DNA of 64,000 bases, taken from Eledone cirrhosa (lineage: Eukaryota). Where the stretch lies: assembly GCA_964016885.1 (NCBI GenBank), contig OZ024742.1:296360001-296424000 (forward strand), written 5' to 3'. The notes under the pieces were generated by a model that was not told the origin of the DNA, made no database searches, and was given only the letters and a program-made list of their open reading frames with translations. The position numbers and the translations under genes were made by a program. Below, piece after piece: positions 38,020 to 51,322 of this stretch (its first letter is position 1; every line of letters starts with the position of its first letter).

Positions 38020-38705
38020 TTGACCCAATTTATAAATTTCTAATGAGAGATATGATTTTCAAAAATATTTGAACTTAATAAAAGATTTGAAGAGATTTAG
38101 TCATTTAACTAAGTTTTTCATTATTCATCTGATGTTAGGAGCATAGAATAACAAGGATTCTTACATAAAATTATGATGGAAGGGTTTTTGATAAATATAA
38201 GCATTTAAACTGGCTGTATCCGGGCAGAATTCTCTCACCTTTTTCTATTCAAACCGGTTGTAACCGGCCACTCATACTGAAGTATTGTTGTCAAATAATA
38301 TCAAAATCTAATAGATTCGATATTATGTGAGATACAGCTTTTACTGTGAAAATATGATACTAAATATAGAGCAATGTAATTGCTAAAGCGTTAAAAATTA
38401 AAAGTTTTTTTTATTTTTATGGAAACAGAGCTGGTATTGTGTGGTTTGGTACAAAAAGGATTAAATTTTAGGTTATCATAGTTCCATTGAATTTCAAATA
38501 ATTTAGAAAATAATTGAGTATTAAGACAGATTTAGTAATATAACTAACTTTCTCCCTACTTATCTGGTGTTTTAAGCATCACTTAATGAATATTCTTACA
38601 TAAAATTATGATGATAGGCTTTTTGATAAATATGAACACTTGAATTGACATTGTTTTTATCATAGAAACAGGCCTAATTTCAGGTGCTTTGGTATCAAAA
38701 GGGCG
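38020..38705. repeat. Old AT-rich interspersed repeat, same family as 4720-5500
   Basis: Internal direct repeat ttcttacataaaattatgatg..ttttgataaatat (about 38158 and 38593); reverse-complement match to 4730-4823. Confidence 0.45.
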
Positions 38706-39117
38706 AATTTCCTTACATAAAAACATAAAGAGAGACATGCTTCCAATAATTTAAGATTTATTGCTAACAGAATTTTAGAACAGTGAGACTAGCTGTTGTA
38801 ATGTAAGAAAAGGAGAATCCAGCTTTTGAATAAAATCATTTGGTCATACATTTTTGTATCGAGTTCTCAAGTGTTTAAATTTACTTTAACCCTTATACAT
38901 ATATATATATCATCATCATCCTCATCATCACTTTTACGTCTGTTTTTCCATGCTTGCATGGGTTATTTTATTTTTCCAAATCTTTGTTACTTAGATTTTA
39001 ATTAGCAATAGAATTCTTGTCACGGAAATTGTTAATTTTACTAATCAAAGCAATGTTTCCATACTTATCACTGAACACAGAACACTGCCTAATGAAAGCA
39101 TCACATCTAAAATCTTT

Positions 39118-39370
39118 CATCATCATCATCGTCATCATTTTTTCATCGGTTTTTCCTTGCTTGCATGGAGTGGACGGCTTCTTTTCAGCTCAGCATCTCT
39201 CTACTTACTACTATGTTTCTTCATCATCTCCTTTGTGAGTCTCAATAATTTACAGTCAGCTTTCACCACCTCAGCCCAGGTCTTCCTCGGTCTACCTCTA
39301 CTGCAGATTCTTTCCCCTCGGATTTCCTGGCATTTCTTCACCCAATGATTATCATCCATGTGCATCATGA
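39118..39370 (-). mobile_element. RTE 3' end fragment
   Basis: MDDNHWVKKCQEIRGE..SRGRPRKTWAEVV; (GAT)n tail. Confidence 0.7.
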
Positions 39371-40322
39371 TAGATATATACATAAGTGAGAAATCTATAA
39401 GATCCTAGTTTATTTTTGTATCAGTGGGCATGTAGCCTTGATAACTGCCAACAAGTGAGAAACAACGTTGACACTTACTTCCCCTTTGTTTTTGCTGAGT
39501 CTAAGGTTGTGTGACAGTGGTCACAACATCAAAAATTCATAGTTGAAGGCTGCCAAATGTTTTTCATAAACATTCTGTATATTATTCGATATACAACATG
39601 TGTATATCACCATCATCATTTAAAGTCCATCTTCCACGCTAGCATGGGTAGGACAGACCTTTGTGAGGGATCAGGTCGGATGACTGTGAAATCACTCACA
39701 CAGAACTGATGTTGGCTTGGTTGCACTTACTGACGCCAATCATATTTACAGTGTGTGTTGGGTGCTTTTTGCTTTGTTGCCTACACGAGCACTTTACAGT
39801 GTGACTGGGCGCTTTTTGTCATGACACTTACATGACCACTTTACAGTGTGGACTAGGTGCTCGCTTTTGTCATGACACCTACATGACCACTATAGTGTGG
39901 GCGTGGCTCCAGTGGGGATCACTTTATAGAGGAGGTTGGAAAATATACTGTATTTGATGGGTTATAAGACACTTTTTTCCCCCAAAATGTCCCAGGAAAT
40001 CACCCTGCATCTTATAAAGTCAAGGGTCAATTTGGATTACTGACTAATGGAGTTCTAGTGTTGCAGTGGTTCTTAAATTAAACTGCAAACATCTCTGCAA
40101 ATTTAAACATGATGAATAAAATATACTTATTTTCAATTTCTGTTGTTATAAAAATGTAATAAATGTTTCAATAAAAAATACTATGTAGAAAATAAAGTAA
40201 ATGTATTTTCACACTCTCTTATATTTAAAAAATGTACTAAAATATTACAACTAGAATTGCGATGTAGAATGATAACAAAAACTGAATACCTTTCACCTAA
40301 CATTTGTAGTTTTAACTTTTTT

Positions 40323-40667
40323 ATCATCATCATCATCATCATCATTTTACGTCTGCTTTTCCCTGCTTGCAAGGGTGGGACAGGAGCTGATTCTGGCTTG
40401 ATTTCTACAGCTGGATACCCTTCCTAACACCAACCCCATTTACAGTGAGTGCTGGGTGCTTTTTTGCTGTGGCACCTCCACGACCACTTTGCAGTGGAAT
40501 GGTAGGGACCCCAGTCTCTATCATCTCATTTCTACAGCTGAGTAAACTGGAGCAATGTGAAATAAAGTGTCTTGCTCAAGGAAACAACACATCACCCGGT
40601 CTGAGAATTGAACTCACAACCTTTCGATTGCAAGGCCAATGCTCTAACCACTAAGCCATGTGCCTCC
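40323..40667 (-). mobile_element. SINE family 1
   Basis: Reverse complement of 33846-34182. Confidence 0.9.
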
Positions 40668-40732
40668 TTATTTATATATTTATTTTTAAATGCCTTCCAT
40701 AACCACACACACACACACAGGCACAGACACAG

Positions 40733-40841
<109 letters not shown>

Positions 40842-41960
40842 TATGCTTTCAAATGCACATAAATATATTTGAAAGACAAGCAAAATTACTTCAAGTATGG
40901 CAATGAACAATCGTGTCACTTGGTTTCAATTTCATGGCCAAAAATGATGACTTGACTTGTGCACATAAGGTGCTTTACTGCAAGGAAGTAAAAAAAGGAA
41001 CTATATTTTAATTACATGGGTGATATAAATCTACAAATATATTAACATAGTTATTTCATAATGTACACACAGATAGAGAAACTATGTGTATTCAACAAAT
41101 ATACAAATTCTTAACATCCTGTACCACAATAAACCACACAAATATGATACTCTTGAAACGTATAAAACAGCAGTATAATGCATCATATCAAAAATTAAAG
41201 TCCTTCCTTAATTTTACTGTAAACTTTCACAACAATCTCTCCAATATAGTTTAATTAAGAAACCCACTTTCAGATATTTTCTGCTTAATCATTACAAAAG
41301 TTAGCCTTGCAAACCCATGATAGGCTTCATACTTATGATGGGGTGATTTTTTGAGGCATTGCAATAGTTTATGGTTGGATATCCTTCCTATTATCAACGG
41401 TTTTAATCACCTCTTATTACACATAGGAATATTTAGTTGTTCATATAGGTCATTAACTTACGAAAAAAAAAAACCTTTTAAACCTAATATATTGATATTT
41501 ACAATTTCTTACATTCTTGGAATACTTTTAAGCATATCATACTGAAAGAAAAATCAAATAGTATTCTACTATCTTGTGTAAAAAGAGAATCTACTTTTAG
41601 TATTGCACAATAAATTGAAAGGTAAGCTTACTTACATATTTGAAGATTCCTCTTCAAAGGAAATTCCAATTAGATGTTCATGAGAAAAAAAGAGGGATTG
41701 TAAACATGATTCCTCTATAGATCATTGAACACTTGTACTATTGTTGTTGGTGGTGATGGTGGTATCATCGTCATAATCATCACCACCACCACCACCATCA
41801 TCATCATGATCAATGCCATTATCATCATCACCACCATCACTACAATCTACCCCATCATCATTGCTGTTGTTGCCATCACTGTAATTACTATTATTATCAT
41901 TATTATTGTCATTATTATAATAAATAAATAAAAAATTAATTAATCATCATCATCATCATT

Positions 41961-41996
<36 letters not shown>

Positions 41997-42887
41997 GCCA
42001 TCATCATCATTTAGTATGTGGTTTAACTGGAAATCCTTTCTGATTCTTATATTTATTTCCTCTAAGTGGTATAAGGTAGTTTTTACATTTGTACAAGATT
42101 TTTTAAAGTCAATTATCAATACATCTTAGCCCAAATTTAAATCCAATTTTCTAAATTGTTAACTATATGTTCTTAGAAAATATATTATTGAGGCTAATTT
42201 TTTTAATTGTGAAATAAGGTTCCTTCCTACCTACCAAACCATGTTAAGTATGTAAATTCATAAGGAAATAATGGTAGCTATGAGCTTCATTTTTCAGAAA
42301 AAATATCTGATACAAAAATTGTGTAAGATGAGTCATTGGAGTGTTGAGTTAACTATTTTGCTCTATTCATTCTGGCTCACTGCATTCTGAGTTCAAATCT
42401 CACCATGGTCAGCTTTGATTTTCATCCTTTTATGATGCAGTGGTATGGCAAAATTTGTAAAGCATGGAACACGATGCTTGGCAGATATTTCCATCTCTTT
42501 GTATTCTGAGTTTAAATTGTTCATACTAAGCAGTGATTCCACATAGCTGTGATGAAATTGCTGCAAATTTATAATTTTGAATTAATATCATCATCATGAT
42601 CATGTAGGTGACACGACAAATAGTACCCAGTCCCCACTGTAAAGTGGTTGTATATTATTATTATTATTATTGAATGCTATGGTTGACGGAGGCTCGGCTC
42701 TGTAAGGTATTGTAAATTTTGACCGCTATAACAATTGTAAATTGTTTAAAACTTTAACCAACTTGTAGACAAAAACACCCTCCTTTTCGTGAGAGGGGTC
42801 TTTCTGCCCGTTATTTGGCCCTTCGGGGTTAAATAACTGCTTATTGGGGTTTTGTGCCCAATATTTATTTTAAACAAAAAAAACAAC

Positions 42888-45001
42888 ATGGCTACGAAAA
42901 AGAATGTTTATAGGTCACTCCCACTCATTCCGTCTTCTTCTTCCTCAATCGTCACTACAGCAGAGAGAAGATTGTCTCTCTCCCTCCCTTCTTTAAATGT
43001 GTCTCTCTCCCTCCCTTCTCTTTTGCAAGCGACGACAGAAAAGAAAAGTCTCGTGCAAAGCGTGCAAGATTTCTCGACGACGACGACGACAACGACGAAA
43101 CAGGTGTGCGGGAAATACGAAAACCCATTTCATTCGTCTGACGTCAGGAATAATAGCAGTAGCAGCCGTAATAACAACAGCAACAGTGACAATAAAAACA
43201 ACAGTAGCAGCCGCAACAGCATCAGCAGCAGCATAAACAACAACAGCATTAGCAGCAGCAACAACAACAACAACCACAGCAACAGCGGCGGCGGCAGTAG
43301 TCGTAGTACCTGCAGCAGCAACAAAAGTAACAGCAGCTCTGACGACAACAACAACAACAACAGCAGCAAAGAAAAACCAACTTCGTTTGCAGGTATCGCG
43401 AAGAACCTGGAAACAATCCTCATAACAAATGAGGAATTAGAGGAAGCGAAGAAGATGGTGACAAAAACAGGACACCGAGCAATCTGCAAGGCTGCGGAAA
43501 ATTTTTTCGAAACCCAACAGCACTGTACGGTCACGTACCGTACAGTAAGTACAAAATCTCGTAGGGTGGAAAGAGCCACAGAGGCTCAAATACAAAAAGC
43601 CTTGGGGTCTGTGTGGCAGCGGAAAACACACATCACCCGAGGCAAGAAATATGCCACCGTAGACGTACTTTTTGCCACACCCCAGGAGGCAAAGGCTCAA
43701 TCCGTAGTGACCCTAAGGAGCGAGGAAATGGTGTTGGTGCCCTCCTACTGCGGGCAAAAAATTGTGAGGGTCAAACTGACCCACGCCCCCCCCCCCCCGG
43801 GATGGTCCCTTCTTGGCTGGCCGCGTCTGTCCTCGTCGGAATCGAGGACAAAACAACTGTACTGCAAGTACAGAAAAAAGTAAGAGAAGATTGGGTCGGC
43901 ATCTCCATTGAGATGTTAATCCAAACCAACCAGGAGTGCATCGAAGCTATCCCAGATGTGATAGACTTCGATAACAGCACTCAACTGCCCATAAGTGTTG
44001 AGGGCAAACGCCCGAAATGCTTTCGCTGTGGATCGAAGACTCACCTCAGGGCCTTCTGCAACGAGAAGACCCTGAGAAAGGAGAAAACCCCCCTCCTTCC
44101 GAAACCGGCTCCACGGCTACCAGCAACAGGACAAGCGGCAACCAGGAACGATAGGTCCGTGGCACCCATACCCACGCCACGGAAATCAAAAACAGCAGCT
44201 GCAGTGGAAGTATTAACAACAACAACAACAGCAATACCAAATGCAGCTGCAACAGAGACTCCAGTGAAAACATCACCAACAACAACAAGTGAAAGAGTGG
44301 AGCTGGTACCCCTCCCCGACCTCACAGAATCAGACATGGAGTGTGAGGTGGGAGAGGGATTACAAAAGGTCGTAAGAAGGCACAAACGCAGAAGCAGCGC
44401 ATCGTCGTCTTTGAAAAGGGAGGAAAGAAATGAAAAAAGGGTAAAGTCTACTGCAAAGAGACTCACAGCAGCAACACCACCAACACCATCAGCACCCACA
44501 CTAGCACCACCATCACCACCAGCGACAATCCCACCGCCAACAACACCTTCAACACCACTACCACAAGCACCAACATCGCAAACACAACAACAAAACACAC
44601 ACACCCAGCAACAACGACAAGAAAATAGCAGAACCACACCCCACCCCCAGAAAAACAAACGCACGGCAATAAATACACACAACAAGAAACTAATGACTTA
44701 CATAATTGAACACACAGACATTTCACAACACGACTACATAATACCAGCACCAATCAAAACGCCAACTAACATAAGACTGCTAAAAATAGCACAGAAACAA
44801 TACACAAACATTAAAACGAAATTCCCCAACGCAGTTGGTGATTTCAGGGACCTAGGAGGAACTATCAACCGAAGAGTATATTCGGACATACTCATAGAAG
44901 AGCCGACGACCAGCCCAAGGGCCGATTCAACGGTCCCTTCACCAGACGATCAAGTGAAAAGGGATGTAAAAACCATCCCTCCTCTACGAAAAGTACGGTA
45001 A
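42888..45001 (+). CDS. Tx1 ORF1 (gag-like, zinc knuckle); one frameshift in poly-C run 43786-43798
   Basis: CFRCGSKTHLRAFC (CX2CX4HX4C); N/S- and P/T-rich flanks; the two ORF-track frames join at the C run. Confidence 0.82.
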
Positions 45002-45035
45002 GTGCTCTTTCCCATCTTTTCCACTCCATTTCAAC

Positions 45036-48000
45036 ATGACCTCACTCAGAATAGGCAGCATAAATGCGCGTGGCTTGGAGTCGTCATGGAAGCAGGGCCA
45101 CCTGCTCAACGACCTCAGGTCACTAAACATAGATGTAGTGGCCATCAGCGAGACCAGAATCTCCGAAGCATGGGCCTTCGCACCGATCTTCGGCGGGTAC
45201 GGTGTGTACGCATCTCCCAGCCGTCCGGGATCGGGGGGAGGAGTTGCTGTGCTTTTTCGGAGAGGTTTGGATCTCGCCATACGGGCCATCTTCCTGGACC
45301 AAGAGGGTAAGTTGGTGGTGCTGGACGTGACCAGCGGAGACGGGAAAGCTTTCAGGCTAGTGGCCGTCTATGCCCCGACAGGAGCAGGGCGGCCTGATTT
45401 CTTCCGGCGTCTGGAGACCTTTCTTGGAACGTCCCGCTCTTTAGTGTTAGTGGGCGACTGGAACGGGATCTTAGATGCACACTGGAACTGTATGGGATTA
45501 GCGGATAGGGGTGGCGGGTGCAAGAGCCTCACCAACCTGCTCAGGCGTTTTGAACTGTCTGACAGGTACCGATTGGATTTCCCGAATGTGGCAATGTGGA
45601 CTTGGACAAATCGCGTAGGGTCATCCAGATCATATCTAGATAGAATATTTTGTAGGGAAATAGATAGGTCTAGCATAGGCTGTCCACAATTCAAGATAGT
45701 CAGCTACACGGACCACAAATTCGTGATCTGTGTGCTTGACTTAGATAGGCTTCATAGACGAGGACCCGGCTACTGGAAGCTAAACGCGTCCTTACCAGCG
45801 CGCAAGGCCTACAGAGACCGGATTAGCGAACTAGTTAAGCGGGCGTTGACGGGGGCCATTGTCAACAACAAGTGGTGGTTTGCTCTGAAAAGAGCGATTA
45901 GAATAGAATCGATTAGGTTTAGTAAGGCTTTAGCAATAGAGAAAAATAGAGCAGAGGGAGAACTAGTTAGAAAATTAGACGAGGGGCTTAGCAAAGGCAT
46001 TGCGGCCGACGTGCTTGCGGCGAAATTGGCCCTTGACCAATTCTTCAATGCAAAGCACGAAGGCTGCGTTGTCAGAGCAAGGGTACGTGCTCTCAGACAC
46101 GAGGGGACGAAAGCCGTTCAATGGGCCCGAGTGGCGGAGGCGTGTCTTGGCAACAAAGGCACGATCCGGTCTTTGGTGGACCACGACGGGCGCATGCTAC
46201 TCGATCCCGGGCAAATGTGTGAAGCTTTTCAGCGACACTTCGCTCAGTTGTTCGGGAGCAGCGGTGGGCCAGGTTGAGGGATGGACTTTAGTGTCTACCT
46301 CGACGGACTGCCGCGGCTCTCGGCCACTGAGGCGAAGTGTTGCCAAAAGCCGATAACAGCCGCTGAAGTAAGGGAGGCAATGACTGGCTGCACAAGGGGT
46401 AAATCGCCTGGTTTGGATGGTCTGCCGTATGAACTTTACGGACAGATGCCAGACTTGTTCGGAGGCCTCTTGGCGGACGTCTACTGCAACTGGCAACAGA
46501 ACGGGAGAATTCCCAGTTCTGTGAGTCGAGGAGCGGTGGCACTGCTGAGAAAGGATCCGAACAAGGGGGATAACATAGATAATTTCCGGCCCATAACTCT
46601 GCTAAACACTGAGTTCAAGATTTTGGCCAAGGTGTTAGCAAAGAGGTTGGCGCTTGTCGTTGGTGGTCTGGTGGGAGAGGCCCAGACATGCGCCATTCCC
46701 GACAGATCCATCCACGACAACCTCCACCTCATGCGATACATCGTAGAGAGGGTAGCTAGGGAACCTGACACGGGTGGGTCCTTGATCAATTTAGATCAGT
46801 CGAAAGCTTTCGATAGGGTCGACCATCGTTATCTAGCGGCAGTCCTGAGGGCGGCTGGCTTTGGGCCCGTCTTCAGAGGCTGGATCGCGGCCATGCACAG
46901 CGACATCTGCTCTGTGGTGAGAGTGAACGGTCACCTTTCGGAACCGTTCAACATCATGCGCTCGGTCCGCCAAGGATGTCCCCTCTCGTCCCTCTTGTAC
47001 GTATTGACTCTCGAGCCATTACTGCACAAACTGGAGACATTGGGGAAGGTCCCGCGCGAATTAGGAGCTGAAGATCCGTGTCAGCATATGCGGACGATGT
47101 CACCGTAGTTGTGTCGAACGCCAAACACATCGAGGCGATCGGCACTACACTAAGAGAATACGAAGCGGTGACAGGAGCAATGATCAACCAGGAAAAGTCA
47201 GTGGGCCTGCAGCTCGGCACCTGGAGAGGCAGGTCCATGCCGTCCAACAGCGTCGTCGGACGCTGGACGGACGCACCCGTCAAATTGCTAGGGGTCTGGT
47301 TCGGTCCGGACCTCCAGACGGACAAAATCTGGGACGAGGTGACAAGCAGGGTGGCTTCTCTCTCCCAGAAATGGGCGGAGAGGAAGCTATCCCTGAAAGG
47401 TCGAGCGGAGATGGCTAACGCGTACATCGCGTTCGTTATCTGCTACCGTCTGACCGTCGTACCTTGTCCTAAGCCTCGCCTGACTGCGCTGGAGCGTTTG
47501 CTCTTTCGCTTTTTGTGGAAGGGACGCACTCCGATGGTCAGGCGGTCCATCTATTGTCAACACCCGCTACGTGGAGGGCTGGGCATGCCGTGGCTGATGA
47601 TGCGCAGGTACGCGCTCAGGCTACGACATCTTCACCTCTTCCTCGACGGTGATCAGGTGTGGTCGCCGTTTGCTAGACACGTATTTCCCCAGCTCGTTTC
47701 CTTGACGGAGCTGCAGTCCTGGGTCAAGCGAAAACCGAGAGGGAGCGCCTGGAGACTGGAATGTCTTCAGGCGCTCACAGCCCTCGACCAATCGGGCAAT
47801 GTGATCGGTGGAAACTCCACCTCGGCGTACTATAGAGGATTAGTGGAGGGGAAGAGCGACGACGTACTTGGGGAAACTCTAGGCGTCGACGAAAATCAAC
47901 TAGCCAATCTCTTCGGAAGAACTTTCGGGCCAGGGCCTATGGACAACTTCCAGAAATCTCTGGCCTGGCAGTGCTACCGAGGAGCCTTGCCAGTTCGGGA

Positions 48001-48453
48001 TAAACTCTACAGGCATGGAGGTGCCGTCACCGGGCATGTCCGAGATGCGCGCAGGGCGACGAAATCGTCCTGCACGCACGCGTCCAGTGTCCGAAAATTG
48101 CTGACTTGTGGGTTTATGTCGAACACCTGCTGTCGCGTTTAGGACGGATCCGGCTATCATCTGAGTCCATCGTGAGGATTGCCCCGCCCTCCTCCTTTAG
48201 CCGGGAAGGGCAGGCAGTTTTTATTTGTCTGGTGGCCATGACGAAAGAGATAGTATGGTGGTCACGTTTGAAAGGGCTGAAGACGAGCACTTACCTCTTC
48301 GGTGATGCTCTGATTGACTTTTTCAAATTTCATTTGAAAAGGAAAATCAGAGTAGAGAGGGAAGTGCTCTCTTCCCAGCATTTTGTTGAAAGATGGGTGA
48401 GAGAAGCAAGAATGGCCCGAGTGAATGGGCCTACTCTGAGTATATATCTGTAA
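45036..48453 (+). pseudogene. Tx1 ORF2 (AP endonuclease, RT, C-terminal CCHC); stop at 46275, frameshifts near 47070 and 48030
   Basis: GSINARGL, AISET, GDWN, SYLDR, TDH; GKSPGLDG, FRPITLLN, LDQSKAFDRV, QGCPLS, YADD, KLLGVWF. Confidence 0.93.
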
Positions 48454-48754
48454 ATTAAAGGTGGAAAACTGGGAGAGGGCACTTGCCTTGGTGGTCAGGG
48501 TCATTGTGGCCTTTTACTGGGCTTTCTCCACAAATGTCCCTCCGAAGTCTCCCCCCTATTGGGGCATTTTTCATTGTTATTTTTTGTTACATCCTCTGCT
48601 TTTGTTTTTTACACGCAGAAATGCCCATTTGTACCGTCCTGTATTGTCCTGTACTGTCCTTAATGTCTACTTTATGTAAACCCTTGTGGTTAATAAAGAA
48701 AACATTATTATTATTATTATTATAATTTTATTATTATTATTATTATTATTAATA

Positions 48755-49108
48755 GGCCGGTGGATTGGCAGTATTCATAGAAAGCCCTGGTTTAAAATCC
48801 CGTCAAGGTTAGCTTTGCCTTTCATCCTTACAAGGTCGATAAAATAAAGCACCAGTAATGCACTGGGGTTGAATCAGAAACCATTATAAGGTCGATGGAT
48901 TGGTAGAATCAGTAGAGCGCCAGACACCATGCTTTGCAGCATAGAGTTACGGCTCTTTATGTTCTGATTTCAAATCCCACCAAGCTTAGCTTTGCCTTTT
49001 ATGTTTATGGGGTCAGTAAAATAAAGAACTAGTAATGCACTGGGTCGATTTAATTGACTTTCCCCTCCCCTTCAAATTGCTGGCCTTATGCCTAAAGTAG
49101 AAACAATT
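48755..49108 (+). mobile_element. Two tandem SINE family 2 copies between the Tx1 elements
   Basis: ggtggattggcagta..tttgcctttcatcc..gtcgataaaataaag twice; ends agtagaaacaatt(att)n. Confidence 0.85.
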
Positions 49109-49349
49109 GTTATTATTATTATTATAATTATTATTGGCGACCTACGTAGGAAATCGTATCATCGTGAGCTCCGCAAATGTTTGTTGTTTTCGTTTGTTTA
49201 AAATTGCCATATATGGAAAATTTTTGTTGTTAACAGTTTATAAGGTCACAAAATTTGCTTTCGGAAAAGGACACTCAAAAAGATTGGGGCCTTGAGCCCA
49301 AAATTTAAAGTTTTATAATTATCAAACAAAAAGATTTCTTTGAAAAATC

Positions 49350-51288
49350 ATGGACGACTCACAGCCACACCTTCCTCACAAACTAACACCTCACAGCGAC
49401 ACCACCATTGTAAATATTACTACGTTTGCCAACACTAAAAATATAAGCAGTAGCAACAATTTAAATTTGTCATGCAAACATTCATTTCCCGCCATTACCA
49501 ATGACTGCAGGTGTTGAAGCCGCCACCACCATAGCGACAACAGAAACAACAAAAAAAAAAATTATCTCGTGATATCGAAATGGATTCACCCAACATCGAG
49601 TCTTTCACACCGAACACCACTGACGCCACCACCACCACAACTGAAACTAAAAATAACAATAACAAAAATAACAATAACAACAACAGCAATAACAACAATG
49701 AGAATAACATCCTGTCATTTGCGAAGGTAGCCAAGAAATGCGAAACAATCCAGGTAACTCAGGAGGAATTAGAAGAAGCCAAAAAAATGGTAAAGAAAGA
49801 TGGGTACAGGGTCAGCCTCACCCCCACCCCCTCCCACCTAATAAAATGGAGCATCGGCGCCTATGCACTGTGTCTTATCGGACGATTAACATAAAATCGC
49901 GCCGAGTGGAACGGGCATCCGAATCCCAAATCCCAAAAGCTTTGGGACATGTGTGGGCAAAAAAACCCCACATCAGACGTGGGCAGAAATATGGAACCGT
50001 GGACGTGTTCTTTGGAACACCACAGGAGGCCAGAGAACACTCCATGACCCCATTAAGAAGTGACAACTTCACACTCGTCCCAAGCTATTGTGGCCAGAGA
50101 CTCGTGAAGATCAGGATGACCCACGTTCCACCGGCTATCGAAATTCCCTGGCTAATGGCTGCCGTCCTCGCCGGCATCGAGGCCAACACCAAGATAATCG
50201 AAATAGCGAAAGAAAAGCAGGAGAACTGGTCCGGATCTGGGATGAAGCTCCTGATCCAAGCGGACCAAAAAAGCATTGAGGAGATCCCAGAGGTAATAGA
50301 CCTCACTGACGGCAGCCACCTCACCGTAATCGTGGAGGGCAGAAGGCCTAAGTGTGTCGTTTGTGGTGAAGGAACCCACCTAAGGGCTTTCTGTCCTCAG
50401 GCTAAAAGGTTGAGGCCACCTCTCTTACCCACCCAGTGACTCAACCATCAACACCACCAGCAGCAAAAATGGCATCAACAACTGTAGCAGCAACAACAGA
50501 AGCAACTGTAACAGCAACAACCCCAGCAACAGTAGCAAAACCAACACCACCACCACCCAACGCGCCAGAACTAGCACCAGCGCTTACACCATCCACCACA
50601 ACCAAAACCAACGCCTGTGGAGGATTTTCAACTCCCCGACCTATCGCAACTGGAAACAGATTGTGACGACGAGGAGTGGGAAACGGTATCAGGAAAAAAG
50701 AAAAGAGAAAAAAGAAAAAGAGCCAAAAAATAAAAAAATTTCTTCATTTCCCCTCCAAATACAAAATACAGAGGGAAACAAATAAATTATCAAACAAAAC
50801 AGTTAGGACAGCTATGCCACCATCCACACCAGCATCACCAATCCCATCACCACAAACACCAACACCATTATCATCATTAACCCCAACACCACCATCAATC
50901 ACCAACACCACAAAAGTCACCAAAAAGCGAAACAGAAACAAACCCACAACAAACGCAAACAAAACAAAATAACCAAAACGATACACACTAAACAGCATTA
51001 AATTTGAACAACAACCAATTATCACCCTACAACCAACACAACACCAGCATCACAGAAAAAGACTACACAACATCCCAACCACACATACAAATCACACCAC
51101 CTCCACACATACAAATCACTCGCATCACACAGAAAAGGTACACGATACTAACACAAAAATTCCCCAAAGACATCGGAGTCTTCCGACAAACACTCTCCAG
51201 GAGGATTTATAAGGACATCCTTCCGGAGGAGGCCACAAGCAGTGAAAAGGATGGACAAACCATCCTTCCTCTACGAGAAGTAAGGTAA
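49350..51288 (+). pseudogene. Tx1 ORF1 variant, disrupted
   Basis: SFAKVAKKCETIQVTQEELEEAKKMV; CTVSYRT..SRRVERASE; LVPSYCGQ; CVVCGEGTHLRAFC; several stops and frameshifts. Confidence 0.8.
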
Positions 51289-51322
51289 GTGGTCTTTCCC
51301 ATCTTTTCCACTCCATTTCAAC

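Larger units (their letters stand above)
42672..48703 (+). mobile_element. Full-length Tx1/L1-clade LINE, copy A
   Basis: 5'UTR, ORF1 with CCHC knuckle, ORF2 APE-RT-CCHC, 3'UTR with AATAAA; (ATT)n on both sides. Confidence 0.93.

Noticed and set aside
43786-43798. Programmed frameshift at the poly-C run in Tx1 ORF1
   Set aside because: Copy B reads through the homologous site in frame (HVPPA); homopolymer slippage or sequencing error is simpler.
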